This document shows positions 63,884 to 64,000 of a stretch of 64,000 bases of DNA, one piece after another. The stretch comes from a virus: IMG/VR virus record IMGVR_UViG_3300005573_000006, positions 27,308-91,307 of that record; one strand, 5' to 3'. Position 1 is the stretch's first letter; each line of letters begins with the position of its first letter. The notes under the pieces were generated by a model, which did no database searches, was not told where the DNA came from, and saw only the letters and a list, made by a program, of their open reading frames with translations. Made by a program: the position numbers and the translations under genes.

Positions 63884-64000
63884 ACGGCTCCTTTTTCAAT
63901 GCGGAGATGACAAATGCCAGGGAATACTCGTTCCAATGTTTATTAGCCTGGAAGAGGGATATTCTTTAAGAATTGAGGGGTATTGCTCCAAATGCGGTAA
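63873..64000 (+). CDS. Partial Zn-ribbon protein (runs off window end)
   Basis: AGGAGG SD; CGDDKC...CSKCG. Confidence 0.6.
   Translation, partial: MKSKRLLFQCGDDKCQGILVPMFISLEEGYSLRIEGYCSKCG

Noticed and set aside
1-64000. Stop-codon reassignment (code 15 or 25)
   Set aside because: Long genes are intact in code 11, and TAA, TAG and TGA all end genes at sensible coupled junctions
1-64000. Integrated prophage boundary or host chromosome
   Set aside because: No integrase, att site or host operon; host-like genes (dnaE, groEL, guaC, hsp20) are embedded singly among phage genes

Overview
This is an AT-rich segment of a tailed dsDNA phage genome, probably podovirus-like, read in the standard genetic code. 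No host housekeeping block, integrase, rRNA or CRISPR array is visible. The left arm (1-24.4 kb, minus strand) is the virion module: small and large terminase, adaptor, P22-like portal, scaffold, DUF5309-type major capsid, a ~9-kb glycosyltransferase/methyltransferase/SET-domain block, tail stabilisation protein, tail fibre and ejection-type proteins. The right arm (mostly plus strand) carries an HNH-split N4/N6 DNA methyltransferase, DnaE, a promoter-dense control region, many small early genes, an amidoligase/glutamine-amidotransferase cluster interleaved with a tRNA-Met and several highly structured non-coding RNAs, a secreted S-layer-like protein, a Rep-like HTH protein with iteron-like repeats, glutaredoxin, Hsp20, a Tad2/DUF2829-like protein, GroEL, a two-gene primase-helicase, GuaC, two more MTases, a recA remnant and a higher-GC phosphoesterase cassette. 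The surface protein suggests a Patescibacteria (Parcubacteria/CPR) host; this is recalled similarity and needs a BLAST search. The signals least explained by standard annotation are: (i) single genes bracketed by 5' and 3' hairpins with complementary GCGGC/GCCGC loops; (ii) a ~357-nt multi-pseudoknot RNA and a hairpin array behind the tRNA; (iii) two 7+6-bp tRNA-minihelix mimics; (iv) a homing-endonuclease insertion that leaves extra peptide tags on both halves of the split MTase; (v) six promoters with a DnaA-box-like element exactly 5 bp before the -35. All family calls come from motif recognition by eye and all RNA folds were done by hand.
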